This document shows, in pieces, positions 40,480 through 57,150 of a DNA stretch of 64,000 bases. The DNA comes from Eledone cirrhosa. Lineage: Eukaryota. Under the pieces are notes generated by a model. The model was not told where the DNA came from. It ran no database searches and was given only the letters and a program-made list of their open reading frames with translations. Where the stretch lies: the NCBI GenBank assembly GCA_964016885.1, contig OZ024748.1, positions 7,006,001 to 7,070,000 of the forward strand, in the 5' to 3' direction. The stretch's first letter is position 1; the number at the start of each line of letters is the position of its first letter. The translations under genes were made by a program, and so were the position numbers.

Positions 40480-40813
40480 TTAAAAGAGAACTTATGGGCC
40501 ATATATTTATTGTTGACATTGGAAGCGACATTTTTCTGAGAGAGAATTGCCCACACAAAGTTTGTCGTTACACTATATTTTTGCTAAATTCTAGTCCCAA
40601 TACTGATATATCACAGATAAATTCGATTTTTTTTCTATAAAAATATTGCTAATAACATCCCAATTACGATTATCTCACTTAGTTTAACTGAAACAACCTG
40701 TGAACATTTTCAATTGTCAGTTTTTTCTAAAGCAAATTTACCAAAATTCTTATTTTTATTTTTCCCGAATCAGTTTATTTGGCGGTTTCCAATATTTTTG
40801 CTGGCACAGTGTA
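40480..40813 (-). mobile_element. Possible internally deleted Tc1/mariner remnant
   Basis: Minus frame ...VWAILSQK resembles the Tc1 ENxW.ILxxK region; TIR-like TACACTGTGCCAGCAAAAATATTGG near 40813. Confidence 0.35.
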
Positions 40814-41088
40814 TGTGAAATCTAGTTTTCTAGTTAAAAATATCAATATATAAAGATGAAATACGTACTAAATCTCACAGAATATGTGTTTTCAGAATAT
40901 TTTCACATTTTATCACTCAGTTTTATGGAAGTTAATTCAATCATGAAAGAACTTGTAGGAAAGTTCACTAACTTTAGGGCCAAATGTTATCTGATTATTA
41001 TCAATACATACAAAATTAATATGCACATCTACACAGGCAATTTAAACGGCATTATTCTTTGTGACTGTCTGTATAAATAAATAAATAA

Positions 41089-41158
<70 letters not shown>

Positions 41159-41210
41159 TGAAATATTTTCTATATGTATACGCACACACACATATATATA
41201 AATATACATC

Positions 41211-41241
<31 letters not shown>

Positions 41242-41245
41242 ATGT

Positions 41246-41285
<40 letters not shown>

Positions 41286-41358
41286 GGTAAACAGAAATAA
41301 CAACACCATCAGTACGGAAGGATATATTAAGTTAACGCTTGATATAGCAGGAAGAGGG

Positions 41359-41394
41359 TCTTAACGTTTCGGACGCTAGTCCTTCATCAGAAGA
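41359..41394 (-). ncRNA. Compact hammerhead-like motif
   Basis: UCUU-CUGAUGA-A-GGAC uagc GUCC-GAAACGUU-AAGA, with palindromic AACGUU in place of stem III. Confidence 0.5.
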
Positions 41395-41796
41395 AGGAAT
41401 GAGAAATAAGATAGATTGAGGGGACAGCGAGTTAGGAATTGGAAAAAATGTCTTTAGATAAAAATAAAAGGACCATTCCTGTTGCAAAACTGTTGGTGCT
41501 GGCGTTTTGTGTATGATTTATTTTTTAGAAAAGTAGATGATGGAGCCATATATATATATATATATATATTAATATATATATATATCTGTGTGTGTGTGTG
41601 TGTGTGTGTATACATATATAAAATGTTTCTGATGTAGAGAAGCTTAACGAATACACGCTTTGCTGAAACATTCTAGCCATGTTGGAATAATATGACTAAA
41701 TCTAATTCACACAACAATCTCCCTTTAACAGAGCCTTCTTTAACCAAAGTAGGGTAATGCCCTGGTCTATTTCCACAGAAAAAATATTTCAGTAAA

Positions 41797-41863
<67 letters not shown>

Positions 41864-41903
41864 TTGTTCGTACTGCCTCTCTGTTTTGTCCCCGTTCCAT
41901 TTT

Positions 41904-41938
<35 letters not shown>

Positions 41939-41980
41939 GGAGAGAGAGACGGATAAATAGATGAATAGATCTGCATACGA

Positions 41981-42038
<58 letters not shown>

Positions 42039-42196
42039 TCTTGCTTGTGTCGCAGGAATCCACCATAAAAGTTTTAAGCTAACACCAGGTTAGCGACTAT
42101 AAAAATAACATCAAACTGTGTCACATCATGGTTGCTATGAGGAGCCAAACAAAACACACATCACACATAGAGAAACACATACATACGTACATATAT

Positions 42197-42246
<50 letters not shown>

Positions 42247-42373
42247 ATATATATATATATATATATACATATGTACGTACACATACATCTATACACAAGT
42301 GTATACACATCCTTAGAGGCACGAAAAGAAATAAGTGTTAAGAGATCCCTTCGACTCACCTTTAGTGTATATA

Positions 42374-42442
<69 letters not shown>

Positions 42443-42540
42443 GTGTGTGTGTGTGTGTGTGTGTGTAGGGGGGTAGGGGTGTTGACGTGGCTTTATAATG
42501 AAATCTAGGAAATAATTTACTCTGGGAGACAGTAGAAAGG

Positions 42541-42584
<44 letters not shown>

Positions 42585-42586
<2 letters not shown>

Positions 42587-42794
42587 CGAAGGAATCTTTG
42601 TAAGCAACCAGATGGACATATAACGCACCAGAGTACTCAATACTTAGGGTAGTAGAGTGGGTAATAGGAAAAAGTATGACCCCGAAGGCAGAGCTCAAAC
42701 CGTTTCGACGGCTATTTCTGGACTGAAATAGCTGTCCAGAAATATTAGCCGTCGAAACGGCTTGAGCTCTGCCGTCGGGGTCATACTTTTTCCT

Positions 42795-42795
<1 letters not shown>
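42585..42795 (-). mobile_element. Family B element, second copy
   Basis: Same arms and tail in the opposite orientation, with a different palindrome centre; (TA)n on both sides. Confidence 0.75.
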
Positions 42796-42838
<43 letters not shown>

Positions 42839-42929
42839 TCATAATTATGCAGTTTTGCATGCTTCTTGCTTGATCTGTTGTATTTGAAATACTGTCCAGT
42901 CACTACAACTACACCTATGTGTATGTCTC

Positions 42930-43826
42930 ACCACTATACAACCACTATACTACAACCTACATCACCAGGACACTACTACCAACACAACTATACCACCACT
43001 ACTATACCACCACCACCACTACAACACCACCACCACCACCGCCACCACCACTATACCACCACCACCACTACTAAACCACCACCACCGCACCACCACCACC
43101 ACTACACCTCCACCACCATCACTACATCCCCCCCTCACCACCATCACCACACCACCACCACTACACCACCGTCACCACACCACCACCATCACCACCACCA
43201 CGACCACTACACCACCGCCACCATACACCACCACTACCACCACCACCACTACACCACCACCACCAACACCACTACACTACCACCACCATCACCACCACCA
43301 CGACCACTACACCACCGCCAACACACCACCACTACCACCACCACCACCACCACCACTACACGACCACCACCAACACCACTACACTACCACCACCATCACC
43401 ACCACCACGACCACTACACCACCGCCACCACACCACCACTACCACCACCACCACCACCACTACACGACCACCACCAACACCACTACACCACCACCACCAA
43501 CACCACTACAACACCACCACCACCACCACTACACGACCACCACCAACACCACTACACTACCACCACCATCACCACCACCACGACCACTACACCACCGCCA
43601 CCACACCACCACTACCACCACCACCACCACCACTACACGACCACCACCAACACCACTACACCACCACCACCAACACCACTACACTACCACCACCATCACC
43701 ACCACCACGACCACTACACCACCGCCACCACACCACCACTACCACCACCACCACCACCACTACACGACCACCACCAACACCACTACACCACCCACCACCC
43801 AACACCACTACAACACCACCACACAA
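42930..43826. repeat. (CAC/TAC)n repeat with higher-order duplications
   Basis: Lines 43381-43440 and 43681-43740 are identical. Confidence 0.9.
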
Positions 43827-43987
43827 CTAGATAGTTCTACTAGAAACACCTGCTTCTCAGTAATTAAACGGGAACAAAATAGAAAGATGTTTTATGACGA
43901 CATCTTATAGATTGATATTTTATTCGCTATCTTCCACTCACCCTAGCCCCACCCGCAATATACACCAGCCACTCATATATATATATA

Positions 43988-44045
<58 letters not shown>

Positions 44046-44454
44046 GCTTGGATTGTTGCATTGTTAAACATTTGCAATAGCCAAATATGTATGCGTATAT
44101 ATATATATACACACACACCATATATATATATATACGTATATAAATATATATATATATATATGGTGTGTGTGTGTGTGTATAATATATACACAAGTTGGTG
44201 TCCCAGCATGATGACCGCAGTCTAAAGACCGAAACCAGTAAAATAAAAAAATATATATATATATATGTGTGTGTGTGAGTGTATGTGTGTGTGTGAGTGT
44301 GTGTGAGTGTGTGTGTGAGAGAGTGCGCGCGTGTGTGTGTGTGTGTGTTCTGAGCCAACAAACCTATACCCATGGGCACTCAAGTCATGAGAATTCCTTC
44401 TTTTTCCAATGTCTAGAATTTCATATATCCAATGTAGTCGATGATGATTTAAAG

Positions 44455-44637
44455 AATAATTGTTTCTACTTTAGGCACAAGGCCAGCAATTACCCATTGC
44501 ATTACTGGTACTTTATTTTATCGACCCCGTAAGGATGAAGGCAAAGTCAACCTCGCGGGATTTGAACTCAGATCGTAAAGGGACGTAACTATGCTGGAAA
44601 GCATAGCGTCCGACCCTCTACTGATACTGCCAATCCA
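44455..44637 (-). mobile_element. tRNA-derived SINE (family 1)
   Basis: Full-length reverse-complement match. Confidence 0.85.
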
Positions 44638-45524
44638 ATGGCAGTATCCATTTAAAGATTTAAAGAATAATGAGCCCCTATATATAGCAGGTTTTGTCAC
44701 CTCGTAAGGAGGTCCATGATATTTCGATTTAAATCCAAACTTTCTATGTTAATACTGGTTAGAATATTATCTTGTATATTATTTATTTCATCTTATATGT
44801 TTTATTATTTTGACTATCAGTAGATATTTACATATTGTTGAAGGCCATTGCTTTCCACAAATGAATTCTTTCACTGTCGCTAACTACGCTCAATTAATTA
44901 TGCAATGATAAATTATAAAAGTTCTTTTTCATTCAGGCTGAGTGATGCAGACAGAGTTATATACCTTAGACAATATCTGTGGTTAACTATGCAGCAATCG
45001 TATACAGGTTGCAAACATACTACAGCTTCGCTTTAGTAAGTCTAGTAGGATTTAGTGAGTGTTAAGAAACCATTGATTAGAAAACACGTATGCTAAATAT
45101 ATGTATTGATATGGGTGATCACACTTGCAAATCTTCAGAAAGAATAAGATGGGGGAAAAAAATATCTCGGTTTAATCGCTACATTCTGGTTTCAGATTTG
45201 ATGATTCACACGCAACAAGAAGCAGTAGTAGGTGGAATGTTCTAAACAACAGCTCGACTAATCGATACAGAACGGAGATCTAGATGGTAATATAACAGCT
45301 GTGTTCAGTGAACAGTTTATGTTCTTCAATGAACACATTTCCTTAGTATGATATTATCTTGGGAAAACTGTAGAATGTAAATATACAGGTGTATTGGTTT
45401 GTGATATCGATGACATATGACTGAGTCGACACAACATTAGATAACCAGCCGAATCGAACAAATGAGGGAGAAAGAGTTTACGTAGTCGGTTGAGAAACAG
45501 GTACGAAATAAAATATTTCAAGGA

Positions 45525-45614
<90 letters not shown>

Positions 45615-46606
45615 TGTGTGTGTGTTTGTGAGATGAATAGGAAAGGGCACAGACCATTTTTAAATTATATATATACAGTGGCGGTGGAATTGGCGTGGGC
45701 ATTCCTCCCTCCAATAATTATATTTTCTCCCCAAACTACCACAACATTTGGATATCGCTACAATTTATCTACATCTTATGTTTATCGCATATCGAAGTTT
45801 TCTGGCCATTTTAGAGTGGAAAGCGTTAAACTAATGACTGCAACTAAATTGTCAAAATGTGCCCTCCCCCCCCCCCCCCCCCCCCGATTCATCATAAATA
45901 CTTCCACCGTCTTTCTAATCACAACCTTCCCATCTGGGTACACTATCTCTTATCTCTGACTCAAGTTGAGACAAGGTGTGCGAGTTGAATTAGGTAAACG
46001 GAAATTCCATGGAAGCTCATCGGATCCATTTTTCAAATCCAAAATACAGTTTTTCTCACGCTATGTCACGCGAGACGCACTTAACTACCTTAAAGGTCCC
46101 CCAGTCTGGAATACCAGCATCTGTTCATGCTAATTGAATAAACAAGCCATTCAGTTGATCGAACAGCTAGATACTCATACGTTGTTCTCGACGGGAAAGA
46201 CCATCGCTTCTGCCATTATTATTTTTAAGCATATTTTTGTTCTCTTTGTAATCGATCTCTGATATGCATGGTTTGATATGTATGTCACATATTTTCTCAT
46301 CTTCACAGTGCTCACCTTCATCCCCATCATCACCAGCAGCAACAACAGCAGCAGCAGTATTATCATATTATCATCATAACTATCACCAACATCACCACAA
46401 CCATCGTAGTTAGAATGTTGGTGTTCATATTTTTTATATTTTTTACCAAATCTTTTCCAAACATAAAATCCATCTCGTATAATGATGATAGACGAATATG
46501 CAATATCTGTCAGAAAGGAATGGCTTCCATGTTGGTTTCTGTTTGTGTGCGTGTTTGGAAGGTGAATGTATATACGGACACATATATACATATGTATATA
46601 TATATA

Positions 46607-46654
<48 letters not shown>

Positions 46655-46752
46655 TACATATATACATAAACATGTATATATATATGTATATATATATGTA
46701 TATATATGTATATATATGTATACATATATATATATGTGTATATATATGTATA

Positions 46753-46795
<43 letters not shown>

Positions 46796-46798
46796 GTT

Positions 46799-46846
<48 letters not shown>

Positions 46847-46927
46847 ATATACACATAAACATGTATATATACATATATATACATATATATATATATACAT
46901 ATATGTATACATATATATACATATATG

Positions 46928-46961
<34 letters not shown>

Positions 46962-46980
46962 TATACATATATATGTATAT

Positions 46981-47039
<59 letters not shown>

Positions 47040-47065
47040 ACATATATATGTATATATATATATAT

Positions 47066-47123
<58 letters not shown>

Positions 47124-47126
47124 GTG

Positions 47127-47329
<203 letters not shown>

Positions 47330-47348
47330 GTGTATATATATATATATA

Positions 47349-47419
<71 letters not shown>

Positions 47420-47606
47420 GCCTCTGTGTGTGTGTCTGGAAGGGGAAACCAAAAGAATTATGAGTCATAGAATCACATAAAGGTCAGCTATTCTGCAGCT
47501 GTCTGATTGACTCAGATCTGCGACAAAATATATTTACAAGAAGGAAAAAGTTGTCTCCAAATAGACCCATAAAAGTCTCTTTTATTGTCTCTTGTTGTTG
47601 TTGTTG

Positions 47607-47655
<49 letters not shown>

Positions 47656-47754
47656 CATTATTATTATCAATATTATTATCACCATCATCATCATCATCGT
47701 TATTATTTATAATAATTATTATTATTATCATTATTATAATAATTATTATTATAT

Positions 47755-47938
47755 TGGCAATATCGGTAGAGGGTCGGACGCCATGCTTTCTAGCATAGTT
47801 ACGTCCCTTTATGGTCTCAGTTCAAATCGCTCTGAGGTTAACTTTGCCCTTTATCCTTACAGGGTCGATAAAATAAAGTATCAGTAATGCACTGGGGTAG
47901 TAACTGACCTTGTGCCAAAAGTATAAACAATTATTATT
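47755..47938 (+). mobile_element. tRNA-derived SINE (family 1)
   Basis: Full-length match, directly after an (ATT)n tract. Confidence 0.85.
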
Positions 47939-48066
47939 TTTCCAGTGTATTTTTTTTTCTTGTAATGGTCAAAAATGATAATAATTTTTATTACAAAAAA
48001 GAAAGAAAATGAAAGAAAAAGAGGAGACAGCAATAAAAATCTATGCAAGAGCAAAATACATGTTTG

Positions 48067-48266
48067 NNNNNNNNNNNNNNNNNNNNNNNNNNNNNNNNNN
48101 NNNNNNNNNNNNNNNNNNNNNNNNNNNNNNNNNNNNNNNNNNNNNNNNNNNNNNNNNNNNNNNNNNNNNNNNNNNNNNNNNNNNNNNNNNNNNNNNNNNN
48201 NNNNNNNNNNNNNNNNNNNNNNNNNNNNNNNNNNNNNNNNNNNNNNNNNNNNNNNNNNNNNNNNNN
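48067..48266. other. Assembly gap (200 N)
   Basis: Run of N. Confidence 1.
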
Positions 48267-48279
48267 ATATATATATATG

Positions 48280-48328
<49 letters not shown>

Positions 48329-48897
48329 ATATATGTATGTATGTATATATATATATATGTATGTATATATATATATATGTATGTATATATATATGTATGT
48401 ATGTATATATATATATATGTATGTATATATATATATATATATGTATGTATATATATATATGTATGTATGTATATATATATATGTATATATATGTATGTAT
48501 GTATATATATATATATATATGTATGTATATATATATATATATGAAATAACTAGGCTTGTCTAGGTCGTAGTAAAACCTCTTGGAGATACAATGCTGACAT
48601 CAGTGTTTTTAAATTATCCTGGGAGGTCATCTGTCGTAAAACCCACATTTGCTATATTTTCTGGCCATCAAGCTTTTGCTTTTCCCTGTTGCTCTCCACA
48701 CTGCCTCCTGTTCTTCTTTATTCCTCTGATTCCTTTCCTCTGAACTGCAATACTCAGAGAAATAGTGTGGACCTCCCAAAATTCCAGAATCCCTTATTTG
48801 TAACCACTTCAAAAAGGACATTTTTACCATCAAAGAAAACGTGATAAATATTTTTAAAAAAAGGGACGACGAGAACGAAACTCTTCCGATGTCAGCA

Positions 48898-48936
<39 letters not shown>

Positions 48937-49928
48937 AATGATAATAATAATGATAATAATAATAATAATTTACCAGAGTAGCAAATGTCAAAGGAATGGA
49001 ATAGTAGGAAATAAAATATGTAAAATTTTATGCCAATTCTAAATATGTTATGCGTCTTTCAACGTTCCACTCTCGAGTAAGACGCCTGAGAAGATTAGCC
49101 ACTTATATAGTTAGAATTGAGAGCTAAGCCAATATTATTACTTTACTTAACTGATTCCAATGACGAAAGTCATAAATTTTAAACGTCAGGATTTTTTTAT
49201 GGCAGAATCAAACATAGATATGACACATGGAAAAAATTAATCAAGGTTCTTAGTATTTGTCTTCAAACCATTCATCAGACACTAACGTCTCTGTATGTTT
49301 TTAACATTTTAGATCTTTCTCCATTTCTCTTGCAGATAGTTTGACTTTCTTGACACTGAAGGAGACGAAAAATTAAGGCACTCTAAAGGGTAGTTTTTCA
49401 TTGATGTTGCTGTTTGTGTTATTGTTGTTGAGGCTGTTATTGTTGTTGTTGTGGTTTCTGTTTAGCTCCAGCTCGAACCTTACAAAACAAATCCATGATC
49501 AAAAACACTCTAGTAATGACTAAACCCCATATTTTTTTAACCTAAAGTTTTATTTGTGTACGCTGAACTGCAATACCCAATTAAACTTTGTCTAAAACTA
49601 GTGTGGGAGTTTATAAGGATTGATTTACATCCCCGACAAGTCATTTCATTCTTCCTTTTCTATTTTAATAAAGGGATAGGACCAATTTTTGTGACTAGAT
49701 TTTATTAAAATTAGGATAGCTTTTTCTCCCTCGCTATCCTCCGTGATAGCGCATCTCTTTCCCTCCTCTCTGACCATGACGTGGCATACGGGATGGGGAT
49801 GTGCAGGTTGGTCAATATATACACACATACATACATATACTTCACTGCATGTTATATAATAAATATTTTAAATAGATTTGATTATTGTAAAATAATTTAA
49901 AGAACGCAAAAATATGTGTGTGTGTGAC

Positions 49929-50067
49929 AGCTCACACCTATGCTGGCCTCCTCCAAGGTATATCTCGTTGTAGGTGTCTTGGGTGATTTAATGATAGGAA
50001 CCCCAGTCCCATCATCTCATTTCTACAGCTGAGTAAAACTGGAGCAGCGTGAAATAATGTGTCTTGC
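49929..50067 (-). mobile_element. SINE family 2, 5'-truncated copy
   Basis: Reverse complement matches 23217-23363. Confidence 0.65.
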
Positions 50068-50368
50068 GGTTCTATGGACAGAAAAACTTGCTCAACGTGT
50101 CGTACAATAGGTTTAAATCTCAGGCTAATATAGTAGCATACAACTTCGTAAGAATACAGTAATACCTATTGCCTTATCCACAACTACAGATAAATGTTAT
50201 ACTTAGGTTCTTGATTACTTTCAAAGTGTTTGCTTAATAAAAAACAAATTATTACATTTAAAGTGTCATAGCACACTTGTTGTTACTTCCTGTGTTACTA
50301 GTGAAACTAAGTGTTGAATGGCTATCAATATGTAATAAAACTATACCACAGAGGTGGGTAGGTGTATA

Positions 50369-51530
<1,162 letters not shown>

Positions 51531-51967
51531 GTATGAATGTATCCAATCATATCTACCGTTATATTTATCCGAGTGCAACTTCGTGAATAATGCATTTTTC
51601 TCTTTTTGTGTATTTCTCGTTGTTGGAGGTCGCTTATGCGATAAACAACAGATGCAAAATAAACAATAGCTTCCTTTACAATTATAGTTTGGAATAAGTT
51701 AACATCACATGTTGGGCAGTTGGGGAGATGGAGTGAAGGGTGTTCCGTTGTGTGTATTGTTTTTGTATTTATATTTATTTGTTTTTTATAAACCCGGTCA
51801 AACTGAAATGAGAGGACATTTTAAATATTTTATATTTTCATTTTATAGCGACAAATTTTATAGTCCATTTCAATATGCCTCACCATGTGAAATTAATGCC
51901 AAATTAAAATGTCATCTGAGGTGGAAGGACGTGCCGCATAAAGTATAAATTAATTCAAGACCTATTA

Positions 51968-52092
51968 ATTGTTTCTAATTTTGGCACAAGACCAGCAATT
52001 TGGACAAAAGTGGAAGTCGATTAAACCGTTACAGTAGATTACTGGTACATTTTGTTATCGACGCCATAATGATGAATGGCAAATTAAACCTC
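51968..52092 (-). mobile_element. Degenerate family 1 SINE
   Basis: ttggcacaagaccagcaatt...actggtacattttgttatcgac...gatgaatggcaaa. Confidence 0.6.
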
Positions 52093-53353
52093 TTGGAACA
52101 AGACTATCAATTTAAAACGATGGGGAAGTTGATTAAATCGAACCCAGTGTGTTACTGGGTCCGATTTAATCTATTTGCCCCTCAATTTCAATGTATGTAT
52201 ATATGTATGATTAATTAGTAAAAATAATAACTTAAATATTCAAAGGACATGATATATCCATTTGTTGGCGACACATTTAGGAAAACAACAACAAAAATTC
52301 AAGTAGTTCTATTACAATCTTAAAGATGTTATTTCCCAAAATATTTTCTTCATTCGATAATTCTTGTCTCTTTCTTTCATTATTTCTGTCTATGCCTTTA
52401 CCTCCAAACTGGAGGGCACAAGTAGCACTTTTGTAAATATATGGCGCCGAAGCTACTCGACTTTAAATAGGCATTATGCCTTTCAAGGAATTCTATGTTG
52501 TAAGTCAAAAGCAGCAACCACCTGTTTATATTATATGCATACATATAAACAGCCATATATATACATGTTTTTGTATGCATATAAGTATACATACATATAT
52601 GTGTGCGTGTGTATCTACATGTGTATATATATGTATATATACATTTCCAGATGTGGGTAAGTGATCATAGTATTTTTAACACAGAAATATCTGATGTCTT
52701 TAAGGTCCTCGTCATAGTTTAGGGCGCCACCGTGTCGCTTATTTGTCGCCAAACATGTTTTGGATTGATGTCACCGTCTTATTAAACCTACGATGCTTGC
52801 TACCAATGCTGGCCCTTAACCACAGGCCCTCAAAACTGTATTCTCCATTTGATTCAGACCTGACACTCAGGATATTTTAACTCCTCCTTCACATAATATT
52901 CCCTCGTAGATAGAATCAGAAGAGTATTCATAATCTGACGATGAATTCAATCAGACCTGAAACGCGAAAAGACAATAACCATAGTATTTCTGTGTTTCAA
53001 ACATCTTTAACAAAGAGCTTTTCATGGATACTCTTTATATGTTTACATTAAATCTCCAATATTTCCTTCCTTTTATTGATATTCAGATGTCTTGAACAAA
53101 AGTAAATTAAACTCTGAAAAAAAAAAAAAGAATAACAACAAAACAGTGAATTTGGTTTTCCCCATAGATTTCTTTACTCAATACATAGAATCTGAGACAA
53201 ATAGTGGTTTGATAACGATTCTGCCCTAAAACAGAATTGGTCAAAATAATGGACATAACGATCACACACAGGCACACTAACACACACACACACACGTCCA
53301 CATATATATATATATACACACACGTACATGTAAATACATATTATATAAGTATC

Positions 53354-53397
<44 letters not shown>

Positions 53398-53514
53398 CAC
53401 ACACACACACACACAAAATTGTATAGTAGGTATATATGAGTATATAGCTATATATGTGTGTGTACTTACATATGTATACATGTACCTATATAAATATATA
53501 TATAACTATGTACA

Positions 53515-53621
53515 CCTATATATATATATATATATTATATATATATATATATTATATATATTATATATATATATATATATATTATATATATTATATATAT
53601 ATATATATATATTATATATAT

Positions 53622-53705
<84 letters not shown>

Positions 53706-53818
53706 TATATATATATATATATATATTATATATATTATATATATATATTATATATATATATATATATTATATATATTATATATATATATTATATATATTA
53801 TATATATTATATATATAT

Positions 53819-53851
<33 letters not shown>

Positions 53852-53854
53852 ATA

Positions 53855-53900
<46 letters not shown>

Positions 53901-54149
53901 ATATATATATTATATATATATATATTATATATATATTATATATATATTATATATATATTATATATATATATATTATATATATATTATATATATATTATAT
54001 ATATATATATTATATATATATTATATATATATATATTATATATATATTATATATATATATATTATATATATATATTATATATATATAATATATATATTAT
54101 ATATATATATTATATATATATATATTATATAATATATATATTATATATA

Positions 54150-54192
<43 letters not shown>

Positions 54193-54276
54193 TTATATAT
54201 ATTATATATATATATATATTATATATATATATATTATATATATATATATTATATATTATATATTATATATATATAT

Positions 54277-54329
<53 letters not shown>

Positions 54330-54341
54330 ATATTATATATA

Positions 54342-54384
<43 letters not shown>

Positions 54385-54513
54385 ATTATATATATATATA
54401 TTATATATGTATATTATATATATATATATTATATATATATATTATATATATATATATTATATATATATATTATATATATATATATTATATATATATATAT
54501 TATATATATATAT

Positions 54514-54544
<31 letters not shown>

Positions 54545-54579
54545 ATATATATATATTATATATATTATATATTATATAT

Positions 54580-54610
<31 letters not shown>

Positions 54611-54801
54611 ATATATATATATTATATATATATATATTATATATATATTATATATATATATATATTATATATATATATACATATAAATATATTTATAAAT
54701 ATATATATATACATATATATATATATATTTATATATATATATATATATTTATAAATATATATATATATATATATTTATAAATATATATATATATATATAT
54801 T

Positions 54802-54843
<42 letters not shown>

Positions 54844-54881
54844 AATATAAATATATTCATATATATATATATATATATATA

Positions 54882-54938
<57 letters not shown>

Positions 54939-55000
54939 ACATATATATATACATATATACATAACATATATATATATATGTATACATATATATATATATA
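53515..55000. repeat. ~1.5-kb nearly pure A/T interrupted (TA)n tract
   Basis: Direct inspection; similar tracts at 33820-34710, 39577-40200 and 46570-47416. Confidence 0.9.
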
Positions 55001-55481
55001 TCCATATGCATGTATGTATGTGTCTGTATGTGTTTGTGTATCGACAATCACTTGAGCATTCGTATTCAAAACAGCAAAGAGATCTACAACAGCCGATGTC
55101 TTTTAAATACCAACACAATTATAATTATCATCATTAGTAACTTTAGGGTAATAATTATAATAATCATAATTAATCTACATATTGTTATTATTTATCATTA
55201 TCGTCATCGCCTAAGTTACACTGGCACTATAGCAATAGCAATATATATATATATATATATGTGTGTTTGTATGTATATATATGTATATATATATATATAT
55301 ATATATTGTGAAAGAGAGAGAGAGAGGAGAAAGTGTGTGTTTGAGATAAAAAGATAAAGGTTTACGACTAAATATTAATGGAGTTGTGATTATATATATA
55401 TATATAGTAATAATAATAAATTTGAAGACTTAAATCCAAAGAGGGCTCGAATACATATATTTATAAATATATATATATATA

Positions 55482-55684
55482 AAGGAAAAAGTATGATCCC
55501 GACGGCAGAGTTCAAGCCGTTTCGACGGCTATTTCTATGAGTCTGGACTCATATGAATAGCCGTCGAAACGGCTTGAGCTCTGCCGTCGGGGTCATACTT
55601 TTTCCTATTACCCACTCTACTACCCCAAGTATTGAGTATTCTGGTGCGTTACGGTTCATTTGATTCCTTCCCACAACTCCTTCG

Positions 55685-55686
<2 letters not shown>
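55482..55686 (+). mobile_element. Family B element, third copy
   Basis: Same arms and tail; centre tttctatgagtctggactcatatgaa. Confidence 0.75.
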
Positions 55687-55729
<43 letters not shown>

Positions 55730-56035
55730 TTGGGGTGTGGCCTTCACATTGATAATTAGTTAGTAATATGGTCCTATTTCAATAGTAGCTATAATAGTAG
55801 TTAATTTTACTGCTAATATTATTATTAAAAAATATGTATTATTTTAATCTCACGACAATAATTACCAACTGTTATCTTATCCATATTGGATATTATATAT
55901 AGCTAATAAAGTAATAAAATATAACAAATAATTATATGTACCTATATATATTAATGTATACATATCTATAAATATATATATATACACACACACATATATA
56001 TATATATATATACCCCCAACCACATATATATATCA

Positions 56036-56092
56036 AGTGCGGTGCCCCAGCATGGCCTCAGCCGGATGGCTGGAACAGGTAAAAGACTAAAA

Positions 56093-56095
<3 letters not shown>
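56036..56095 (+). repeat. Retroposon 3'-end fragment (also at ~44193-44250)
   Basis: ggtg(c/t)cccagcatg...g(a/g)aac...gtaaaa is shared by two (TA)-adjacent loci. Confidence 0.5.
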
Positions 56096-56132
<37 letters not shown>

Positions 56133-56543
56133 TTAATATATACATATTTAATATATATATATATATTTTTAATATATATATATAACATATACATATCTAA
56201 TGTATATATATATATTTAATATATATATATAATATATACATATTTAATATATATATATATATAATTAATATTTAATATATATATTATATATATATATATA
56301 CATATCATATATGTATATATATATATAATACTATATACACATGCATATTTAATAAATATATATATGTATGCATGTATATATAATACATATATATTATATA
56401 TATATATATTATATATATATTATATATATATATATTATATATATATATATATATATTCCCCATTCTACCAAACCAGCTTCCTACATAATGGTCGCTCATA
56501 TTTATGGTACGTCAAAATTATTTATAAAACTGTTTATATATTG

Positions 56544-56609
56544 TATTTTATCTGACGAAGGCATGCCATATTTTTAATATGGTATCCCCGAAATATGTAT
56601 AATGAAATA
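56544..56609 (+). ncRNA. Minimal type-I hammerhead ribozyme motif (family D element ~56480-56650)
   Basis: UAUUUUAU-CUGACGA-[AGGCAUGCCAUAUU...AAUAUGGUAUCCCC]-GAAA-UAUGUAUA^-AUGAAAUA. Confidence 0.7.
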
Positions 56610-56649
56610 AATATGGTTTTATAAATATAGTTTCCATTTGTTTAATATC

Positions 56650-56683
<34 letters not shown>

Positions 56684-56942
56684 CTCTAATTCTTAACTTT
56701 CTAAATGATTTCTCTCTGTAACATGGTGTTGCTGCTGCTGCTTGTGATGCTGCTGCTTGAGGTGCTGCTGCTTGAGGTGCTCTTGTGATGTCGATAGTGA
56801 TAATAATGCTGTTAATAATGACAATAATAACAATAATAATAATGATGATCGTTCTATAAATATCGTAGTATTTAAAATGTTCGTAGGAGGAAAAAAAGCT
56901 TTACATTAAGAAATGAACTGTATCAATAAATATGTTGGTAAA

Positions 56943-56987
<45 letters not shown>

Positions 56988-57049
56988 ATGCTTATATACA
57001 TATATATCTATATATATATGTATACAATATATATATACAATATATATAT

Positions 57050-57089
<40 letters not shown>

Positions 57090-57117
57090 GAATATATATA
57101 TATAAATATATATATAA

Positions 57118-57150
<33 letters not shown>

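Noticed and set aside
42866-43834. 322-aa His/Thr/Pro-rich, mucin-like ORF
   Set aside because: CAC repeat with no unique domain or splice evidence.
52935-52965. CTGACGA...GAAAC hammerhead-like spacing
   Set aside because: No pairing stem II and no cleavage triplet.
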